Shown one piece after another: positions 38,260 to 49,600 of a stretch of 64,000 nt of DNA. Each line of letters starts with the position of its first letter. Within the stretch, counting starts at the first letter, position 1. The DNA is taken from sequence record SRR31156797_2108; one strand, 5' to 3'. The notes below the pieces were generated by a model, which was given only the letters and a program-made list of their open reading frames with translations, searched no databases and had not been told where the DNA came from. The translations under genes were made by a program, and so were the position numbers.

Positions 38260-40611
38260 ATGAATTGTTGCGATCAAACCCAATTGAAACGATCATTGCT
38301 ATTAATTTTAATGCTCTTATTTAGTCAATTTAGAATACTAAGTGCTGAAGGAAAACAGAAGATGCATGGTCATATTATTGATCAAATGGACAATAGTCCA
38401 ATAGCATTTGCGACTGTTTCATTACACAATCCAAGTGATACCTCTTTGATAACAGGTACCACAAGCAATCAGAAAGGATACTTCGAAATTAGTAAAGTAC
38501 AAATGGGAAGCTATTTGCTTCGAATTAGTTTTATTGGATACAAGTCAAAAATAGTTAAACTAAATCAACAAAGCAGTTGTGATTTGGGGACATTCCCAAT
38601 TAGGCAGGAGAGTGTTCGTGTTGGAGAAACATTAATTGTGGGAGAGCGCATCAAAGCACAAACCAGTAATAGAGGTACGACTTTTTTTATGAATAGAAAA
38701 ATCTATAATGCATCCAATACAGGAGTGGATATTCTCAAGCATCTTCCCGGCGTTCAGGTAGATTTAATGCAAAACCTTAGTTTGGAAGGCAGTTCTAATA
38801 TTATCATTTTGGTGGATGGTAAGGAGCGGGAATTGCAATATATCAGTCAATTAAATGCAAAGCAGATTGATAAGGTAGAAATCATTCGAAGTCCAGGATC
38901 CAAATATGATGCTCATATTAGTGGAGTAATAAATGTAATACTTAAAGAACGAGAAGTAGGGATGAGCGGACATATTTTCTCGGAAATTCCAACCAATGCT
39001 CAGGAGATATTCCTGGATCCAATTTGTGGATTGAATTATACCAATAGGAAATTAAATATGTATACATCCTACAGTGGAAGACTAAGGTATTTCGATAATA
39101 CCGAAGAAAATTCAAAAACCTTGTCTACCGATATAGGCATGAAAACCTTTCATTCTTTGCTGGACTTAAGACAAAAGAACTGGAAGCACCAAATTCATTT
39201 AGGAGCAGATTATCATTTTGACTCGAAAAATCAATTTAGTTTGTATGCCTTTATATGTCCGGAAAATCAAAGTTTTGAAGGTACAGCAGATATGGAAGTA
39301 AGAACCGGTGAGCTGTTAAACTTAAAGGAAACAAGTGGTAGATTGGAAAAAAATGATTACATCCTCTCACACTATTCAATGTATTACAAGCACTTGTTTG
39401 ATAAATCAGGAAAAGAGATTTCTTTTGATTTGAATTACTTTCGATTGACGGGAGAGAAGTCTATTTTATATGAAAAACAGGAAAGTTCGAACCTAAATGG
39501 TGTAAAGCCGGTGAATCAGTTTGTTGGATTTCGTATGGATTACACTTCTCCGATTGGATCAAAAATAAACATGGATGCAGGATGGAAAAGTCAGTTACGC
39601 AAAATGGAAGACAGAAACTCTAAAGATTTTAACCATCAGGAAGATATTCATGCCGCTTACCTCTCATTTTCATATGGAAATAAGAAATGGAAGGCTTCCA
39701 TTGGAATTCGGAGTGAGTATTCTTATCTAGGAGTAGATAAGGGGAATAAAAATGAAGAAATTTCGGTGCTTCCCAATTTGCAATTGACTTTACAAGTTTC
39801 TAAGAAGCAGAATCTCAAGTTGAACTACAGAAAAAGTATATCACGTCCGCATGTTTATCAGTTATCACCAAGTGTTACCAGAATAGATCCTGTAAGTTTG
39901 AAAAGAGGAAATGCCGATTTACTTCCAACTCATCATCATCATTTTAGCTTGAATCACTCCTTTTCTTTTGGGAAGAATTATATTTCCACTCAAGTGTATC
40001 ATGTTCTATCTAAGGATCTGATTCAAAATTATGCCTTTGTCAATCAAGATCAATTGTTGGAAAATAACATTGGCAACCTGGCAGAAAGAAAAGAGTATGG
40101 CTTTAAAATTAGTGCAACCATAAGCATGTTTAGGTCCATTGGAGTTACTCCTTATTTGAAAGGATTTAAGAGGTACGATAAACCTAATCAATTCGCCAGA
40201 CAATTAGCAATTGCAAAGAAAAACAGCTCTGGATTCGAATTGGGGTTCTCTTCTAGAATAAATTTTACAGATGACTTGACTGCATCTGGGATATTTCAAT
40301 ACAACAGTGCAAACTACGATTTGCAAAATAAAAGATTCAGCGATGCTATATATGTATTAGCACTCAATCAGTCATTTAAAAACGGGTTGAAAGTTGGAAT
40401 CTCCTCAGCCATACCATTAAAAAAGGACTTTACCCATGCTGGAGTGAGAAGTAGTGGCGGCGATTACTTCTCAAATACAGAAGGAAAAGTTCATGTGTCT
40501 ACTTTTTTTATTCGCCTTCAGGCTAGTTATCAGTTTAAATGGGGAAAACAGAGAGCTAAAATTAAAAGGCAAACTTTAGAAAATCAAGAGGTTCCAAATC
40601 AAAGTTTTTAG
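38260..40611 (+). CDS. TonB-dependent receptor-like outer membrane beta-barrel protein
   Basis: Signal peptide, carboxypeptidase-regulatory-like domain (PIAFATV, ISFIGY), plug (LPGVQVD, IDKVEII, GVINVIL), and barrel with GNADLLP. Confidence 0.88.
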   Translation: MNCCDQTQLKRSLLLILMLLFSQFRILSAEGKQKMHGHIIDQMDNSPIAFATVSLHNPSDTSLITGTTSNQKGYFEISKVQMGSYLLRISFIGYKSKIVKLNQQSSCDLGTFPIRQESVRVGETLIVGERIKAQTSNRGTTFFMNRKIYNASNTGVDILKHLPGVQVDLMQNLSLEGSSNIIILVDGKERELQYISQLNAKQIDKVEIIRSPGSKYDAHISGVINVILKEREVGMSGHIFSEIPTNAQEIFLDPICGLNYTNRKLNMYTSYSGRLRYFDNTEENSKTLSTDIGMKTFHSLLDLRQKNWKHQIHLGADYHFDSKNQFSLYAFICPENQSFEGTADMEVRTGELLNLKETSGRLEKNDYILSHYSMYYKHLFDKSGKEISFDLNYFRLTGEKSILYEKQESSNLNGVKPVNQFVGFRMDYTSPIGSKINMDAGWKSQLRKMEDRNSKDFNHQEDIHAAYLSFSYGNKKWKASIGIRSEYSYLGVDKGNKNEEISVLPNLQLTLQVSKKQNLKLNYRKSISRPHVYQLSPSVTRIDPVSLKRGNADLLPTHHHHFSLNHSFSFGKNYISTQVYHVLSKDLIQNYAFVNQDQLLENNIGNLAERKEYGFKISATISMFRSIGVTPYLKGFKRYDKPNQFARQLAIAKKNSSGFELGFSSRINFTDDLTASGIFQYNSANYDLQNKRFSDAIYVLALNQSFKNGLKVGISSAIPLKKDFTHAGVRSSGGDYFSNTEGKVHVSTFFIRLQASYQFKWGKQRAKIKRQTLENQEVPNQSF

Positions 40612-40665
40612 AGAATCTACAGAGACAATTTTTATTGAAACTATTAGCTAAGTTTTGGAATTTAT

Positions 40666-40717
40666 CAAAAGCATTATTCTATCGCTGTTATCATACAGTA
40701 TTGGAATAGTGCTTTTG
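40666..40717 (+). terminator. Hairpin, probable terminator
   Basis: CAAAAGCATTATTCT...GGAATAGTGCTTTTG. Confidence 0.55.
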
Positions 40718-40954
40718 TCATTCATATTAAGCTTATCATTAATTTTTCTTGTGACCAATTGCACGGTGGATAGTAATAATTGATATTAATAAAGCGATAA
40801 TAAAGGATTTTTCATAATAAATCGAACTTAAAAGTATGAATTGATATTTTTGTGATTGTAAAATATGTGCATATCTTTCTCTAAATATTATATTTGTATG
40901 GCGATTGCTAGACTAAATCGTACTAAAGAGTATTTAAAACACAAAAACTACTAT

Positions 40955-42214
40955 ATGGAAAAAATTTATACAATGAGAGATTTTGCAGATATGCCAGAGG
41001 CAAATATTCATCAATCTGCAGAACATTTTCAAAAGTTCATCAATCAGTTCGAGAAAGATAAATCGTACCCTTATGGTTTTATATCTGGAAGCGCCATAAG
41101 TAGAAATATGGATGTGATTGACTATTATTCAGGAGATCGAGTACCGACGGTTAGTTTTGTTTCCAGCAATTATCTGGGTTTATCGCAGCATCAAAAGGTG
41201 AAGGACGCTGTTAAAGATGCAGTTGAGTTATATGGAGCAGGTACTTGTGCTGCTCCACCAATTGGTGGTTATACAGATATTCACAGAGCTTTGGAGCAAA
41301 AGTTAGCCCGATTGCATGGCAAAGAAGATGCTATTTTGTATACATCGGGTTATGCCGCCAATATTGGTGTATTTCAGAATCTATTCAACAAATCTGATTT
41401 GGTTTTGGTGGATATGCTTGTACATGCCAGCATCTACGATGGATTAAAGAACAATACGAATACCAAGATCTATGGTCATAACGATATGAATTATCTCGAG
41501 ATGGTATTAAAAAGGGAGCAAGGTAAATATAGAAATCTGGCAATAGTTGTAGATGGAGTATTTTCTCAAGATGGTGATTTAGCCAACCTGCCAAGCATAT
41601 GTATGCTGGCAGAAAAATACAATGCTATGGTCTTTGTTGATGATGCTCACGGCGTTGGAGTATTAGGAGGTTCGGGGAGTGGAACAATGAATTACTTTGG
41701 TGTGGAAGATAAGGTAGAGATGGTTACCGGAACATTGAGTAAGGCACTCGGATCGGCAGGTGGTTATGCAGCTGGATCAAAAAAGCTAATTGACTATTTA
41801 AGATTGTACTCCCGTTCCAATACCTTTTCAGCATCAATTGCACCGCCAGCTATTGGTGGTGCTTCTAAGGCTCTAGATCTACTAATCGAAGAACCTTATA
41901 TTATTAACGCACTTTGGGAAAATACAGCTTATCTAAAGAAAAGATTATCAGATATGGGCTATTCCATTGGTAGGTCTGAATCTCCAATTATTCCTTTAAT
42001 GATTAAAGATGATATGAAATCCATTTTTACTGCTCGTAAGTTATTTGAAAGAGGAGTGTATGTTGTGCCTGCAACTTATCCGGCAGTAAAATTCCGTAAT
42101 TCAAGATTGAGAGTTAATGTTTCGGCATTGCATACCTTAGAAGATTTAGATTATTTTTGCAATACCTTAGCCGATGTCGATCAGGAGTATGATCTTCATC
42201 TATGCGCAAATTAA
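40955..42214 (+). CDS. PLP-dependent alpha-oxoamine synthase family protein (BioF/Kbl/SPT/CqsA-like)
   Basis: SSNYLGLSQH, SGYAAN, HASI, DGVFSQDGD, DDAHG, GTLSKALG and SRLRVNVSA. TATATTTG promoter at 40889-40896 supports the start at 40955. Confidence 0.9.
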   Translation: MEKIYTMRDFADMPEANIHQSAEHFQKFINQFEKDKSYPYGFISGSAISRNMDVIDYYSGDRVPTVSFVSSNYLGLSQHQKVKDAVKDAVELYGAGTCAAPPIGGYTDIHRALEQKLARLHGKEDAILYTSGYAANIGVFQNLFNKSDLVLVDMLVHASIYDGLKNNTNTKIYGHNDMNYLEMVLKREQGKYRNLAIVVDGVFSQDGDLANLPSICMLAEKYNAMVFVDDAHGVGVLGGSGSGTMNYFGVEDKVEMVTGTLSKALGSAGGYAAGSKKLIDYLRLYSRSNTFSASIAPPAIGGASKALDLLIEEPYIINALWENTAYLKKRLSDMGYSIGRSESPIIPLMIKDDMKSIFTARKLFERGVYVVPATYPAVKFRNSRLRVNVSALHTLEDLDYFCNTLADVDQEYDLHLCAN

Positions 42215-42225
42215 GAAAGCAAATC

Positions 42226-42954
42226 ATGGCAAATGTAAGAGAAAGAAAAGCAATCGCAGCTAAAATGTCACTAATGAAAGCGATTGGTAAAATCCTGAAA
42301 GAGAAGAGTTATTCTAAGCTAAGCATAAATCTGGTTTCCGAAGAGTCTGGCGTAGATAAGGCTTTCATATACAGACACTATGAGAGCTTCGGGGGGCTAT
42401 TGAAATCTTATATCGAGAAGCAGGATCATTGGTTGATGAATCTGGAAGAAGTCACCAAGATACCCATTGTAAATCATCGCAAATTCATGAAGGATTTGCT
42501 TACCAATCAATTCTTAGGCGTATATGAAAGTGAAGAGTTTCAGCAGTTCTTGGTATGGGAATTGGGTGATAAAGCCGGATTTACAGCTAAGGTATCAGTA
42601 GAGCGCGAAATTCTTGCAAAACCAATCTTTGAACAATGTAGAAGCGTTTTTCAGGATTACCGAATTGATCTCAATGTAATTTATGCCTGGTGGTCAGCAG
42701 GAATCTACTTCTTGATTTTGCATAAGGAAGTATCCACCTTTTGTGAGTATGATTTTACCAAAAAACAGGATGTAGATGAATTCCTAAAAACCCTAGCTTG
42801 GATGGTCGATCTTCTTTTCGACAAATTGGAGGCAGACCAGAAGCTAGAACGGATGGCTGTTAAAGCCCATGAAAAAGGATTGTCCGTTGAAGATGTGGCG
42901 GAAATTACCGGCTTGTCAAACAGTAAAGTCAGAGCACTTGTGCATTCTTTTTAG
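42226..42954 (+). CDS. TetR/AcrR-family transcriptional regulator
   Basis: N-terminal HTH LSINLVSEESGVDKAFIYRHY, LVWEL motif and an extra C-terminal HTH-like tail. Confidence 0.88.
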   Translation: MANVRERKAIAAKMSLMKAIGKILKEKSYSKLSINLVSEESGVDKAFIYRHYESFGGLLKSYIEKQDHWLMNLEEVTKIPIVNHRKFMKDLLTNQFLGVYESEEFQQFLVWELGDKAGFTAKVSVEREILAKPIFEQCRSVFQDYRIDLNVIYAWWSAGIYFLILHKEVSTFCEYDFTKKQDVDEFLKTLAWMVDLLFDKLEADQKLERMAVKAHEKGLSVEDVAEITGLSNSKVRALVHSF

Positions 42955-42982
42955 CGGATAATCCTTTTCAATTAATTTATAG

Positions 42983-43016
42983 AGCTGTCAATTCCGAATT
43001 GGCAGCTTATTTTTTT
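42983..43016 (+). terminator. Intrinsic terminator
   Basis: AGCTGTCAATT-CCG-AATTGGCAGCT plus T tract. Confidence 0.8.
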
Positions 43017-43542
43017 GCCTGTTTCGAACGTATGGATTACTTATTAGTAGTGTAGGTTAATAATAGATTGATCTTATAAAGAGCTGATGGTTAGAGATGA
43101 ATCATTTTCATTAAGTTTAAATGTACCATAAAGTTCGATTATAATGTAAAATTTTATATCTTGGAGTAGTTTTTAAAGTATGTAGTAATTTCTTTCTGAT
43201 ACATTAGACGCTTGTCAGCTTTATTTCAGTTGAGCTTCCATCGTTCTGTATCAAATTCAGCACCTGCCACAATAAACGTAGTAGGTGCTGATAGGGTTTA
43301 TATAGGTATTTACTAAATCAGTAAGAGTAAAATAAATTCATGAGAGTATACTTGTTTTCAAGAACCAAATTGTTCAATATCTTGCCAGTAAATAATAAGA
43401 ATGATTTAAAATAGGATATCATCACAAAGAACTTTAGGTTTTCGGTTTGGAGTGATTTTCTCCAAATTTATGGACATGTTCTTGAATGAAAGAAGTTTTC
43501 ACTATTTTGCACTTCCACAGGAATAAATTTAGAAGTATTTAA

Positions 43543-44154
43543 ATGGGAGATACACATACAATTGAAGAATTGAGCGTACAGATAAATCGTAAGCTAAAGC
43601 AGGTGAAAAAAGTGAATTGGCTTATAAAAGGTTATCAGCTCAATGAATTCAATCAGCTTACTCATTTAAACATTTCGAAAGTTGCTTTGAAAGGCAAATG
43701 GCCTCCTGCATTATTTAAATTAGAACATTTGGAGTTTTTGGATATTCAGCAGAACGATTTAGAATACATTCCTAAGGAAATATCTCAATTGAAGAAATTA
43801 AAGTGTATTGACATTCGCAACAATCAAATTAATGCTTTACCCGATTGTTTTAAGGATATACTTGAACTTAAGAAGCTATATCTTGGGAACAACACCTTTA
43901 CTGAAGTTCCTAAATTGCTTTCTTCTTGCCATAGCCTGGAGGTAATAGATTTTACAAATAATCAACTTACCGATGGAATGGAATATTTATTGCAATCAAC
44001 GTCAATTACCAATATCTATCTCGAAAACAATTGTATCAGTCAATTCCCATTTCACCAGATTAGAGACAATCAACTTTTAGAATTGAATTTAATGGATAAT
44101 TCTCTTGATATTGTGCCTGATAAAATACCACATATTGGAAAATTATATGTATAG
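43543..44154 (+). CDS. Leucine-rich repeat protein
   Basis: Repeated LxxLxLxxN units: LEFLDIQQNDL, LKCIDIRNNQI, LKKLYLGNNTF and LEVIDFTNNQL. Confidence 0.9.
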   Translation: MGDTHTIEELSVQINRKLKQVKKVNWLIKGYQLNEFNQLTHLNISKVALKGKWPPALFKLEHLEFLDIQQNDLEYIPKEISQLKKLKCIDIRNNQINALPDCFKDILELKKLYLGNNTFTEVPKLLSSCHSLEVIDFTNNQLTDGMEYLLQSTSITNIYLENNCISQFPFHQIRDNQLLELNLMDNSLDIVPDKIPHIGKLYV

Positions 44155-44468
44155 TATTCAACTCATCAAAAAAAGCAGCAGTTTATTATATATCTCGCAT
44201 GTATAAAGAACATAATGAGCATCAAGATGAGTTAGGTGTAAGAATAGATTTTGGAAAAATACAGGAAGATTCTAGTCCTTTTAATGCATTCATTAATAAT
44301 TATATGCTTAGTGTTTTTGATTGTAAATTCCCATTAGCCTTCTAACTGTTTGGGAACTTAATAGCAGGGTAATTTAATTGGAAATAGGGCTTTAGTGAGC
44401 TAAAATAAGAATTCATTTAAGATAATAAGATCAGATTAATTTCTACTTTTGCCACCCTTATTATAAAA

Positions 44469-46523
44469 ATGAATACAATGTTTAAACAAAGCCAACGGGC
44501 TCAAATGTTAACATTCCGTCGTTGGGCTGGCAAAAATTATTCATTATTTCAGGCATTGAACAGACAAGTTAAAATCACTGTTTTACTTGTGGTTTACCTT
44601 ACTGTTACACTTCCTGAAACAGTTTTTGCTCAGACCTTATCAACTGATGTAAGCATGGAGTATGACTTGGATGAGATCAAAGTCAGTGCCCAAAGATCAC
44701 CTGTAACCTACTCGCAGGTGGCGCGGATTGTATCCGTAATCGAGAGAGAGGAAATCGAAGCTGCTCCCGTACAAAGCATACAGGAATTACTGGAATATGC
44801 TCTTAGTGTTGATGTCAGACAAAGAGGTGTTCATGGTGTTCAAGCCGATATTTCGGTTCGTGGAGGTTCCTTCGATCAAACTTTAATTCTTTTAAATGGC
44901 ATCAACATTTCTGACCCTCAAACCGGACACCACAACTTCAATCTTCCGGTCAGTTTAAAAAGTATTTCAAGAGTAGAGATTCTTCAAGGACCTGCAGCTC
45001 GGGTTTATGGACCCAATGCATTTTCAGGGGCTATTAATATCATTACTGGGGAGAATACCAATAAGGAAATGAATATTGATCTAGCCTATGGGGAACACAA
45101 CCTTTTGGATGCGAACGCAAGCTATGGTTTCCAAACCGGAAAGTTTAAGCAGTTTGTCGCTGCCAATCGAAAATCTTCCGATGGATATATCGACAATACC
45201 GATTTTGAGACTCACAACATATTTTATCACGGACAATTGGAGAGTGAACCAGGCAAATTGGATGTCCAATTGGGCTATACAGAGAAAGGTTTTGGAGCCA
45301 ATAGTTTTTATACACCGAAATATCCAAATCAATACGAAAAAACAAAAACTACCTTTGCATCCTTGCAATATGAAACGGGTAATAAGTTGCATTTTAAACC
45401 AGCATTGTACTGGCGCAGACATCAGGATCGATTTGAATTGTTTCGCAAGAATCCGGCAAGCTGGTATACTACGCACAACTATCATTTAACCGATGTGTTG
45501 GGAGCTAGCTTAAATACATGGTTTAGTTCCGCTTTGGGTAAAACCTCATTCGGAGCTGAATTCCGATCAGAGAACATTTGGAGCAATGTATTGGGTGAAG
45601 AAATGGATGAACCCATTAAGGTGCCAGGTGAAAGTGGTCAGTATTTTACTCGTTCTCATTCGCGTTCTCACGTTTCCTATTTTGCAGAGCATTCTTTATA
45701 TCTTAACAAATGGAGTATATCTTTGGGCGCTATGTTCAACTGGATTTCTGATCTGGATTTCGATTGGAAAGTTTATCCAGGAATTGATATTGCTTATCAG
45801 ATTAGTGACGATCTAAAAATATATTCATCGCTAAATTCTTCCATGCGTATGCCAACTTTTACTGATCTGTATTACAATGGACCGAGTAATATTGGTAATC
45901 CTGATTTAAAGCCAGAGAAGTCTTTAACAGTTGAAGGAGGTTTAAAATTCAATAACAAAGCCATAAAAGCTCATTTAAACGCATTTTATCGCAATGGTAA
46001 GGATTTAATTGATTGGGTGAGGGAAGATCAGGAAGAGAAGTGGAAAACACAGAATCTAACCGAAGTAAATTCTTTCGGTATCGAGTCCGGGTTTGATATT
46101 TCACCTGAGAAAGTTTTTGGGCAGCCATTCTTTATTAAAAAGGTAAAACTGAACTACTCCTACATTAAACTGGATAAAGGCAATCAGGAGTATTATTCCA
46201 ATTATGTGCTTGACAATTTAAAGCATAAATTTGATGTATCAATGCAGCATAGCATTTGGAAAAATTTGGCAGCCAACTGGCAAGTGAGTTATCAGGATAG
46301 AAATGGGACCTATATGAATTTTGAAGATGGTGATTACACCGGTGAAGTGGCTTATGATCCTTTTTGGCTGGTAAATTTAAAATTGTATTGGAAGCATAAG
46401 AATTTGGAACTGTATTCAAGTGTCTCCAACTTATTGGATAAAAACTACAATGATATTGGGAATCTTCAACAGCCCGGACGTTGGTTTACATTTGGACTGC
46501 ACTACAAATTTAAGCTCAAGTAA
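44469..46523 (+). CDS. TonB-dependent receptor
   Basis: Plug motifs VRGGSFDQTLILLNG and RVEILQGPAARVYG...GAINI, GNPDLKPE, and C-terminal NLLDKNY...GR. TACTTTTG promoter just upstream. Confidence 0.93.
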   Translation: MNTMFKQSQRAQMLTFRRWAGKNYSLFQALNRQVKITVLLVVYLTVTLPETVFAQTLSTDVSMEYDLDEIKVSAQRSPVTYSQVARIVSVIEREEIEAAPVQSIQELLEYALSVDVRQRGVHGVQADISVRGGSFDQTLILLNGINISDPQTGHHNFNLPVSLKSISRVEILQGPAARVYGPNAFSGAINIITGENTNKEMNIDLAYGEHNLLDANASYGFQTGKFKQFVAANRKSSDGYIDNTDFETHNIFYHGQLESEPGKLDVQLGYTEKGFGANSFYTPKYPNQYEKTKTTFASLQYETGNKLHFKPALYWRRHQDRFELFRKNPASWYTTHNYHLTDVLGASLNTWFSSALGKTSFGAEFRSENIWSNVLGEEMDEPIKVPGESGQYFTRSHSRSHVSYFAEHSLYLNKWSISLGAMFNWISDLDFDWKVYPGIDIAYQISDDLKIYSSLNSSMRMPTFTDLYYNGPSNIGNPDLKPEKSLTVEGGLKFNNKAIKAHLNAFYRNGKDLIDWVREDQEEKWKTQNLTEVNSFGIESGFDISPEKVFGQPFFIKKVKLNYSYIKLDKGNQEYYSNYVLDNLKHKFDVSMQHSIWKNLAANWQVSYQDRNGTYMNFEDGDYTGEVAYDPFWLVNLKLYWKHKNLELYSSVSNLLDKNYNDIGNLQQPGRWFTFGLHYKFKLK

Positions 46524-46548
46524 ATTAGCTGATAGACTAATATATAAT

Positions 46549-46577
46549 AAAATCCTCCTTTTTAAGGAGGATTTTTT
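46549..46577. terminator. Bidirectional intrinsic terminator
   Basis: AAAATCCTCCTT-TTT-AAGGAGGATTTT. Confidence 0.85.
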
Positions 46578-46633
46578 GTTAAGCGCCAATTCTATTGGAC
46601 AGAAGCGATTTTGTAAAATATCTATAATAGCTC

Positions 46634-49600
46634 TTAATGAATCTCAATATGACTGTTACCCGAATTATCCTTCACCAATTCTATTTGAGTGCTAATGCGT
46701 TCCTTTAAGGCTTCCACATGGCTAATTACTCCAATGGTTCTATTGCTTTCGGCTTGCAGTCGCTCCAAAGTTCCCAAAGCAAGTTCTAAAGTTACCTGAT
46801 CCAAACTCCCAAAGCCTTCATCAATAAAGAGGGTTTCCAATTGGGTATTTTGTCCGGCAAGATCCGATAATCCCAAAGCAAGCGCCAAAGAGATTAGGAA
46901 GCTCTCGCCACCAGATAGGGTACGAACCGATCTTTCCACGTTGCCTTGCAGGGTATCAACCACAAACAAATCTTCGTTTTGTTGTGCATTGTATTTTAAC
47001 AGGTAGCGTTTGTCCAGCTTCATCAGATGCAGATTGGCTAAACTCAACATTTGTTGCAAGGTGAGTTCCTGAGCGAATTTACTGTATTTATTACCCGTTG
47101 CATCACCAATTAAATCGTTCAGATTTGCCCAGCGCTTTACCTCTTTTCTCTGCAGTTCCAGTTCTTTCAACATGCCTCCAGCTCTTTTACGATTCTCTTG
47201 ATCTTGTTTTAACTGTTGATCAATGGCACCAATGTTTTTATTGATTTCTCCCAACAGTGCATCCTCTTGCTTTTCTTTTTCTAGGAGCTCTTCTCTAGGA
47301 ATATCCGTAAGTTTCAATTTGATCTTAGCAAGTGCTTCCCATAGGTCATTTTTATTTTGCTTCAGACTAGTTTCTCTTTTCTGAAAAGAATCATTCATAT
47401 TCTTAAATTCTTCAGCTTTTACCTCCGGAAGAATAGCTTTTAAAGCTTCTTCCAAACTCTCAAACTGTCTTTCCTGAACAAGAACAAGCAATCGTTCCAA
47501 ATCTTTATTGTATTGCTTCTCCAATTCGCCTATCTGCTTACCATTCTTCTTTACGAGCTCTTCCAAGTTGGCGAGTTTCTGTTTCGTACTTACTTCTTTT
47601 TCCGAATTATTTTGTTTTTGCTGAATTGCTTTCTCTAATTTTTGATCGATCTTAGTTTGCTCTTCAAGCGGAGACTTATCACCTAACAACTGCTTACGCT
47701 CTTTCTCTATGTTAGAACTCATGACCGTCAATTTATTTAAATTGTTAGTTTTTTGTTCTATTTCTTTGGTCGAGGTTTGTATGTTATCTTTTCCAGCCTT
47801 TATCAGCTCAACCAGTTGTAATATTCTCTTGTCTTGCTTAAGAAAGTCTTCCTTCTTATCCTGATAAAGAAGCTGCAGTCGTTTCAACTCTTCTAATTTC
47901 AACTTCAGATTGGATTTTCCTTCCGTATATCGAGAGAATTTTGACAATTGAAACTCACTTTGTTTTTGAGCTTCTGCAATTTGTTTCACCTTATCCAAAA
48001 GAGGAGAGAGCAACTGTAAGTTCTGATGTAGTTTCTCTTTAGATTCGAATGTTTTTGCCAAGGAATCTATCTGTTTTACAAGAATATTCTGTTTTTCCAC
48101 AAGCTCTTTCAAAGAATTTTCATCTTGAATTGTCAATTCGACGATGCTTTTTGTTGCTTCTTCCTTAAAAGCCTTTGTAGAAATTTCTAGATTTTGATTA
48201 AGGATATTGAGTCGCTCCTGAATGTTATTTCGATCAGTATTCTGTCGAACCAATTCCCTTTGTTTGCTATCCATATCCGATTGGAGATCTTTGAGCTCTT
48301 TGCGCACCTTAACTTGCTCTTTCTGACTCTCTTCGCCCTTGTTTTCGTAGCTCTCTACATAAGGATGATGTGTTGAACCACACAAAGGACAAGATTGATT
48401 TGGAACTAATTTCTGGCGTTTGTCTTCTAATGAAGACTCCAATTGCAAGCGTTGAATCCTTACATTTATTTCTTCCTCCTTAAGCTGAAGTATTTTAAGT
48501 TTAGGTTCCTGTTCTTTTACAATTTTTTGGATACTAGCAACGGATTGAGTAGTAACATTCAATTTATCGCTCAACTCTTTTTTTTCCTTTTCATCCTTGC
48601 AATAAGAGGTTTGTAAAACCACCAACTGTTCAAGACTTTTACTTCTTTTTGAGTTCAGATCGATAACTTGTTTCAGCTCTTCACGATTGCTGAAATTTGC
48701 CTTCTCAAGATCCTTTTCCAAAGGTATCAGCCTGTTTTTAGATTCACGAATCTCAACCTCCAAAACTTCGATCTTTTGAGTCCAATTGCTGCCCTTAAGT
48801 ATTTGATTGTATAATTCTGTATCTTTTAATCGTTGGGCATCTTCCTCTAATTTAGAGTAAGTACTTTTCACTTGATCAACCTGGCTATTCACCAGTGGTA
48901 GTATAGCTGGAACTTCTTCAAGAACCTTATTGGTCCACAGCCATTTTTCAATTTCAGTTTTTGTATTAGTGCAAATCTTTAAATCACTTGTGTGTTGATC
49001 CTGTTTGTCTCTTAGCTTTTTACTGGAAAGAACAGTACGATCCAATTCTACTTTTTGTTCTTTGAGTTGTTCTTTCAGGTTTATCAATTGTTCATCAAAA
49101 AGAGTCACTTTGTTGAGAATTGGCAATAACTCTTTACGCTCTTTACTTACCAATTTTTCATTCTCCAGACAAATACTTAGCTCTTTCTTAATTTGCTCAA
49201 GTTCTTTTTTCCTGACTTCAATTTGAGCAATGTGCTCTTCTTGTTCTTTTTTAAGCTGTGAAATTTGCTGTTTTTGCTGAATATTCTGCTGGAGATCTCC
49301 TTTTATATGAATTAGCTTATTGTGCTTTTCTAATTGTTGTAAGCGGGGAGTAAAATCTTGAACTTCTTTTCGAAGGCATTCTTTATCCTTACTATTTTTT
49401 TCAAGAGATTGAGCGATGGTCGATTCTTGCTTTCGAATCTCAACCTGTTCCTTTGTAATTTTAACCTGCTTATCAAGCTTTTCGATTTCTACTTTTAAGG
49501 TCTTACTTCTCTCTTCAATAGATTCCTTCTCTTCCGGATTGAGCAATTCAATGCCTTGTATTTTATTGTCAATGGCAGTAATCAGAGCTTCTTGCTCCCT

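Noticed and set aside
43258-43290. SAM riboswitch suggested by GGTGCT
   Set aside because: The other SAM-I core elements are absent and no methionine-related gene follows.
44155-44468. Cobalamin or TPP riboswitch before the TonB receptor
   Set aside because: No conserved riboswitch boxes, and a TAnnTTTG promoter lies only about 17 bp before the ATG.
45081-46695. Several short ORFs within the TonB receptor gene
   Set aside because: Shadow ORFs without motifs.
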